Below the pieces are notes generated by a model, which was not told where the DNA came from, ran no database searches, and was given only the letters and a program-made list of their open reading frames with translations. Shown in pieces: positions 56,453 to 64,000 of a stretch of DNA of 64,000 bases; position 1 is the first letter of the stretch, and each line of letters begins with the position of its first letter. Source of the DNA: Lingula anatina. Its lineage: Eukaryota; Animalia; Brachiopoda. The stretch covers positions 38,322,401 to 38,386,400 of the forward strand of contig CM120641.1 in assembly GCA_051362555.1 (NCBI GenBank), written 5' to 3'. The position numbers and the translations under genes were made by a program.

Positions 56453-59400
56453 GTAAGCATGGAATAATTGTAGTTTTTACAGCAGTTCATAGCTGTGTGT
56501 ACTTTGTAGTAAATAGAAAATAAAGGGGAGTGGTGCGTGTGAGTATGTGTGTGCATGTTCTTATTTGTGTGAATATGTTGATATATGTCTTAGCTACACA
56601 CACTATAATTATCTTAAAGCTTTTATTTCATATGATAAAATGTGAATGGGTGGCATGCTCCTCTACTATGAATGAAAGAGTTCCTAAAAGGCCAATCTGT
56701 ATTTATTTCTTTATTCACATGGGCAGCCCCTCTATGGTTCCCATTCAAAATATTCACAAAAGGTTGTGATGAAGATCATATGTGTTTTACTGTAGCATAC
56801 ACAAGTCAGTACTATTAAAAAACAAGGTATCTGAATATTTCAGTGAGAGCTTTTAGAAAAGAAAGTTAAGGCCGGTGATATCAAGAAGATTAACTTACTA
56901 TTACTGTTTTTAAGCAAGGATCTAGGGAGAAAATTTAATGTGTAAGAGAAGCAGCTTACACTTCCAGCTTCTGTCTTAAGCTTGATTTGCTCATGGTAAT
57001 ATTAACCCAGCTTAACAGTGAGATGATATAATTTGAGCCTTTCATATTCTTCCTCAGATAAATGGATAAAAACCTTACATAATGTTTATTTGAGAGAGCC
57101 AAGCACTCCAAAGTTAATTATGTTCATCTACCAAGTATTGAACCATTCTTGTCAAACGGCCAAATCTTCTGTGATCTTTTGCATAAGGCAAATACATAAA
57201 TTATATATTATTAGTTAATACAATGATGGACAGGGAAGGAACCCATATTTGCGTCTTTTCTAAGGGCTTCTGTTGATACCACACTGATGGTTTCTCTTAG
57301 ATGTTTTAGTGACAGTTGTCTAAACTGTTCAGAAGAAAGGGAAAAAGCTTCACATTTATCTCTGGATAATTCAGGCAGGAGAATTTCTTGGCTGTGAACA
57401 CCAGTGAACAGAGGTGGGATTTTGTGTTAAGGTGGACCAAAGGAATTTTGGGGGGAAAGGCGTAGGAAAATTGGTTTTTAACAGCTTTGAGAAATTGGTT
57501 TTCAAGAGTGCTTTCGTTTTTATCCTTTTGATTGAATATCACAGGTATCTTGAATATATTATTGAATGAATTAAATATTTGATTTTGTTGGTAACTCTGG
57601 TATCAGAAGAAGAACTGTCCTATGTATGAAAGTTTTTTCTTCATGAAACTCCATTTCCTTAAGCACCAGAATTTCACAAGGAGAGGAAGGCCCAAAGGGT
57701 GTCAAATAACAGCTAGGGACTAAACTGTTTGCACACAACAGAAGTCTATTGTAGATGGAATGTCAGGCAGCAGGGTCCGGCATTCTCTCTTGGCCAAGCC
57801 CATCAAGACCTCGTCCTTAGCTGATTGAAAGATTATCTCAAGAGCAGAGGCCGTAGAGCACCTTGATCCTCACCAGGGGCTGGGCACCCCATTCAGAAGG
57901 ATCCCTCATCCCTTGAACTCCCCAAAATAAAAGTTTTTAATGATTATTTCATTATTTTCATTTGACTCCTGACTTCTTAACAAAGTGATTTAATTTTGAA
58001 TATTTTCCTCATATTTATCGTTGTTTAATTATTTGAATGCATGGGCTCAGATTGTTCTGTGTAAAGCCAGTTTTTTTCTATTATTTTAATGTTCTCTTTC
58101 AGTTTATTGCAAATGTTCAATTTTATATTTAAGAGCCAATTTCAAAATGGCATTCCTGGCACACCTGGAAAGGCGCCATTTATTATAAACTGGGTCATTT
58201 TTGCATTTCTAAACCCTGTATCATCGTTCACCATCTCTGTTCTGAAGCTCTGCCCGTTGGAGGAAATCAACGTTGATTTCTCTTACTGGATATCCAGTTT
58301 CTCAGAAGCCCAGAATTGATTTCCAGTGAAATATGTAAAGGAAATAGTCTAGTAAAATCTGTTGTCATCATTGATTAACAGTGTCCTACTAAAGACATAA
58401 GAGAGCAGTTTTGTCCACTGACAAAACTACAAGAAGCCCAATGTCAATTTTGTATCCAAATTGATGGTACAGCAATGATGTGAGTGAATAGTGTGTCACC
58501 ACAAGAAAAAAGTGATTTTGTAAGATGTAAAATCAGTTTCATTTTGTACAGTGTTGGAACATGGAATATAGAATAAAAAACTTAAAGAAAAGGATTCTTT
58601 AATGGATCCTGTATTTTTATCAGATATCTTCCAATTTCACTGTAGGCACATGGCCTTCTAGTCTCTGCATATATGTTTAAAGCATGTTAAGATAATGAAG
58701 TAAATACTCCTGCTCAAAAATTGCATTTTTACGCAAAGTGAAAATGCATGGAATGCAAGGGTAACCATTCACTCGTTTTGAGCCAAGTGGAGTTAAAGGG
58801 GACCATGAAGTGTGTAATTATAGGGCCCTTCTGAGTTTGGAATACCTTAGAATGAGTATAGACTAGTACAGAAGACACCAGGAAATATTGTTTGTTATAT
58901 CTTTTCATGCCTAACTCCAGCGAATGGTCATCTTAAGATTTCTTAGGTAATCTTTGTATGTACACAATAGTGATGAAATATGGTGAGAAAAGAATTATGT
59001 CCAAAAATATTTAAACAGGTTAAACAGGGGTTTAACAGTGGGGGTGCTCTGACAATAATATACCTTTATGTTTTTATTGTTGAGGTAAGATTGAGCAAAT
59101 GACAATAGAATATGAATAAGTGCTAATGAACTTCAACCATTGTTACCAGGTAAGAGTACTAATCTGCTAATGAACTCTAATTTTCTGATATACTTTTAAG
59201 GACCCAAAATAAGAGAGGGAGATGCTTTTTTCATGGCTTAGTCATACGTTTATGTGTGATGATGTGTGGTAGCTTTCATAAATGTAGTGGGAAGCAGGGC
59301 TCAGTCAGGGTATGCATGTTTCAGAGGTTTTACTTAGAAAACGTGGCACAGAATCAACCAGTGTACACTAAGACCTATGCGTGTGAAGGTGGTGTGCAAA

Positions 59401-62400
59401 AATAGAGCACTGCTTCCTACCATTAATGGATCGTTTAATAATGTGACCTATGAATGGTTGCCATCATGTGATTCTTCAAAAATCAGCAGTCATGTTTAAT
59501 TCCTAATACTGCCCACATAGCCAACTTATCCCTCGTCATTTTCAAGGAGATCCATTAACAGGGTCCTCTTATCCTGAGTACTGGGCATTTGTATATTGAT
59601 TTTATATTTTTTATGTTGAAGACCATGCTTACACATTTTGATAGATCTTCCTTCAATTTTAGGCCCTGAATTCCTGTACCAGCCCGGTTCCATGTACTGA
59701 CACCTGCTCTTTCACCCCCTCAACCCCAGTCACACTGGAGGGAACTAGCAGAGGGACCTGTGAAATGGTCAGTACTCTCAGTACACGCATTTTTTAATAG
59801 ATTAATACCAGAATTAAGCTGCATTATTTAAGGTCATTCATTCTGGGAAATCTACAGTTGTAGGTGTGAGTGGGAGTGCTTTTCAACAGAGGATGTGGAG
59901 TGCCTTAATAAAACCGTGATATGGTAGGTTGATTGTGTGGGTGGATTTGAACAGAACGATGGAGATTGAAAGATCGACAAGGCCTGAGCTATCATAGTGC
60001 CAGCATATGTACAGAGAGAAAGAGTATAACCTGAATAGTGCTGCTTCTTTATATATGACCTGCTGTTATATCTTGCCTGCTGTTGCTCGGAGAAGTGGAT
60101 TACACTGACAATTTATGGTTGATTTAAACCATATATTGTTTTTATATAAGACAAGGAAGAAATGATGGACCAGCTGTACAGGATAGAGTTGATACAGTAA
60201 GATTTGTACGTGGATATATATTTCTGTAAAATATTATCATAGATTACCATTTTAAAAGTTGTAACTAGAAGTAAAAAGAGTATGATATTAGGTGAGATGC
60301 AGACATAATGTTTTAAGTAATGATAGCTTCAGTAATAGTTCCCTTAGGGAGCTCTAGAGAAAGTTTGGCCATGCAGTAGCAATAGCAGTGAAGTGTGAGG
60401 CATCTATCCATTAGTCTCACTGAAGGGCATGTGTCCAGCCAAGGGTAGAAAGAGGCCATTAGTGATCATTTTATCACTGGTCAGCAAATCTCTCTCATTT
60501 GAAAAGGTGGATGTTGTTAATAGTTGGTTCCTATTGTAAGAGCCATTAGCATGCCTGGCATAGCGGGTATGCATGGATTAGGCAGTAAACCTTCTGAAAT
60601 TCAGCACACTGGGACAGGTGAACTGAAAAGTTAAAAATAAAATGACATGTTGAATGGTTTATATAATTTGAGTGCATAAGGTGCTGGCATAAGTTTATGC
60701 TAAGTTCATGGTAAGGGTTATAAGCTGACGTGTACAATGCCAAAGACTGGTACATTATCAATGTGAAAAAAATTAGGCGAAAAAGGGGATTTTCTGTATT
60801 GATGTGGCTTGGAAATCAATATGTGTAATTCAAGTAGCCCTATGTACATGGGAACCATGTTAATTGATAAAACAGGCTGACATTGTTCATTTATCTGTAC
60901 CACTATGGAGTATATGAATTATAGGCCTATTGACTGCAATATATCCCGGAAAATACAGTTATCTTCGGGAGATCAGGCCAAAGATTATCGTATTTCAAAT
61001 GTGGATATACCTTGATCTTCTCACTTGGTGACTGTGTAATGAAAATTGATACCGTGTTTATATCTATAACATAGATCAGGCCCTCGATTCACAGGATACC
61101 TCTTTCAGGCTTTACTATAGCAGAGTTCCCTCTGTTTCCCATTTTTATGTTATAATTTAGAGTCCTTATCATCTGAGCTCCTGTTGGGATGAAATAAGGG
61201 ACTCCCTATCCTACTCAGAATTGAGAGCAATTGGTATCCAGAGCCTACCCGTTAGTTCCCAGTTTCTGGGTAATCTAGCATGAGGCTTATATTGACGCTC
61301 TAATTTGTGACTGCTCATCAGTCTGCTGTTGAGGCAATCTTATGTTGGCAAAAGTTAAACAGCAAACATGGCAAAGATTATGTAAATGGAGATTTCCCAT
61401 TGATTTCTGAGTGGTACCCATGCCAGAGGCTTTGGTTGTACAAAGTGAGAATTTTCTCTGTCAGTGTTTTCATGGGCAGGCTTGCCAAGACTTCATTTCC
61501 TCATTGGTCCATGGACATACATGCTTGGTGAACATCAATAGGCATTAATCTGATAAGCATTAAAGGGCCCAAGACTTGACGGACCAACTGGACCGTAGCT
61601 GTTACCTCGCCAGTGCAGGCTCCTGTGTGCATATCAGATCAATTGCGAATACACCTTAAATATACCCTGCCAGTATTATAGATGTATTAGTTGCTCTTAA
61701 TTCCCATCAATGCTATTGAGTGAGATCACTGCAGGGGATAGGAAGAGAGCAAAGAAAACTGTATTTTAAAGGAATTCAAAGGAATGTAAGTGATTGTTGT
61801 TAGTTTATTGTCTAATATAGTATGCAGAGAAATGATAGAAAATTGCAAAATGGTAATCCTGCATAGAGGAATCTATGCATCTTTTCCTTTGCCTTGGTCA
61901 ATATTACTCTGTTTTACATCTTATGGTCCTAGTACTGTAGCTGTAGCTGTGCATCTATCTAGGCTGAAACACTCATAAGTGCACCGAAGTATGCAAATGG
62001 GAGTCATAAGTATGTGAACTGTCTTAAGGCTAGATAGAAAACTGAGCTTAATCTCTGCCTGTTGATTCAGAAGGTGACCTTGTTCCCAGGTTCAAAGAAT
62101 CCCATTATTATTACAATTTGGTGAGGACAATAGGAAAGAATGTCTCTCTGACCCTTAGGTTACATGAAACAGAACTGTGCGGGGTTTTTAATCTTTTTCA
62201 TATTTTGTCCAATATTTAGGATTCAAGCATGGAAGTCAAGAAGATGAAAAATTTGCAAAACAAGTGAATAAGATTTGATAGAGAAAGTGGATTCCTAATG
62301 ATAATTGGTGAGTGGTATTTTCATATGTTGATTATGATATTTTTTTAATGACCTTTGTAATGTATTATTTAAAATTAACAGAAAAATTGTAGCCCTTAGT

Positions 62401-62820
62401 GGAAGGGATGGCAATGCATTTTTTATGCTTTGGATTTTAATATTTACTTTTTGTTAAATATGTTTATTACAGCTGTTGTGAAAAATGAAATAAATAAAAG
62501 ATAAATTTGTTGTGCATCCAGTGAGATTTACAAAAGTAATATCAATTTGTTAGAAGTATTTAATAATTAAAGAAATATGAGTACAAACATATATTTAATA
62601 ACAGGCGTTCCAAACAAAACTTTAAAAAACATATACTTTAGAAATACGAGACATCATAAAAATTGAATTAATACCTAATGAATGTTTTAATGGAAAGAAA
62701 ATAGTAATTGGAAAATTTCAGAAAAGGGAAGTGTGGTACCAAAAATATATATATATGTCCATTCTAAGTAATGGTATCCCCTCATATTGAAAACCAGTAA
62801 AATTCTCATGATAGCTTTGA

Positions 62821-62823
<3 letters not shown>

Positions 62824-62879
<56 letters not shown>
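62824..62879. repeat. (TA)n microsatellite
   Basis: About 28 TA units. Other dinucleotide runs occur at ~12099 (GT), ~17874 (GT), ~24007 (CA), ~34908 (CT) and ~42726 (GT). Confidence 0.95.
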
Positions 62880-62882
<3 letters not shown>

Positions 62883-64000
62883 TCAGTATCACAACATTGC
62901 AAGATCATTTTTGTGTTTGAATAATTTGATCTATCTGAAAGGTTGCCCCATAGCAGGTTAATTCAAGTTTATCCAGGCATAGTTCACCAATATAATCCCT
63001 GAGCACATAAGTTGGAAGTGGTCATGGCTAAATATAATGGACTTCCAAAGATTTCCTAGAGTACTGTTAACATGGTACCCACACATTCAGTGTAATCCTG
63101 GTAAAAATGGTACAATTTTTTAGGTTACATATGTTGTCTCCTTCATAGGACACCTCCTCGCCTTCCCCACCCACCACACATCTTATCAATAGTACACCAA
63201 TCTATAACTACAAAATACACAGTGTATTGCTCACGTTCATCAAGTTACTTTAAGTCAGGAGTGCGGTCACTGTAAAGATTATCCTTAAGTGTGTTTGTTT
63301 CCATCACTGTAAAAAAAATGACTTTGTGGTTGACCAAATATTGTAGTTATTGTAGCAATTAAAGGTCACTAACATTACGTACTAAAAAACCTGGGTAAGT
63401 ATTCACTTAAGTTGAGGGGGAGTGTTATTGATGAAGAAATGACAATAAGAGTGTAAAAAAGTAAAACAGTCTGATAGCATATCAAATCACCCACTTGGAT
63501 TTTTTTCTGTACTGAACATACTTAACAGTTAAAATATAATTTCATTCATACTTATTTAATTTCACTCATACATATTGAAATTATAATGACATTAGGAATG
63601 ATGTTGAATATTCATGACCTTATCTGAAAGACACTTAACAGTTGATAAATGTTGATGTATGTATGGCTAAATATTGCCCAATTCCACAGAGCAGAAACTC
63701 ATAGCTTGATGTCAATAGCATTTTTTATTAATTCTACTTCTAGGTGTTGATTTAATCATTACTTTGCTTGCTTTCCTCATCACTAATGGGAAGTTATTTT
63801 GGTTTATTTTTTTCTCCTTCAAACACATGATATTCAGTCTGATAATCATGTTAAGGAAATTTAACTTTCAATTTTGTAGACAAACTTTTTGAAAACGTTA
63901 CTTCCATCAGAATGTAATATTGATAAGTATTAAGTTGATAAGTAAATTAATTATTCTTCACACATCTCTCTAAGCCCTTCAGAAACTAAATAAGTTCAGA

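Noticed and set aside
39000-64000. Numerous 60-100 aa ORFs in the ORF track
   Set aside because: Low-complexity F/L/I/Y-rich translations of AT-rich non-coding DNA, with no family motifs or consistent exon chains.

Overview
AT-rich eukaryotic (animal) genomic DNA with GT-AG introns. The repeat types suggest a marine invertebrate, probably a mollusc (inference). The first ~39 kb hold a compact cluster of six intact multi-exon genes, assembled here by hand from splice sites and frame continuity: (1) a 7x C2H2 zinc-finger gene carrying an N-terminal Gypsy/Ginger-type integrase zinc-binding (H2C2) domain; (2,3) two tandemly duplicated ADF/cofilin genes on the minus strand, almost invisible in the ORF track; (4) RNF41/NRDP1; (5) a GH29 alpha-L-fucosidase with a probable N-terminal membrane anchor and a duplicated, apparently mutually exclusive active-site exon pair; (6) SLC39A11/ZIP11. 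Interspersed are a TA-target DNA transposon in one cofilin 3' UTR, a CACTA-like element carrying an older decayed Gypsy LTR element, several MITEs, a perfect 106-bp intron/3'UTR inverted repeat and an 83-bp palindrome. The last ~25 kb contain no recognisable protein-coding exons, only repeats, a candidate promoter/first exon and a possible decayed or non-coding spliced locus. All identifications come from motif recognition by eye; no database searches were run.
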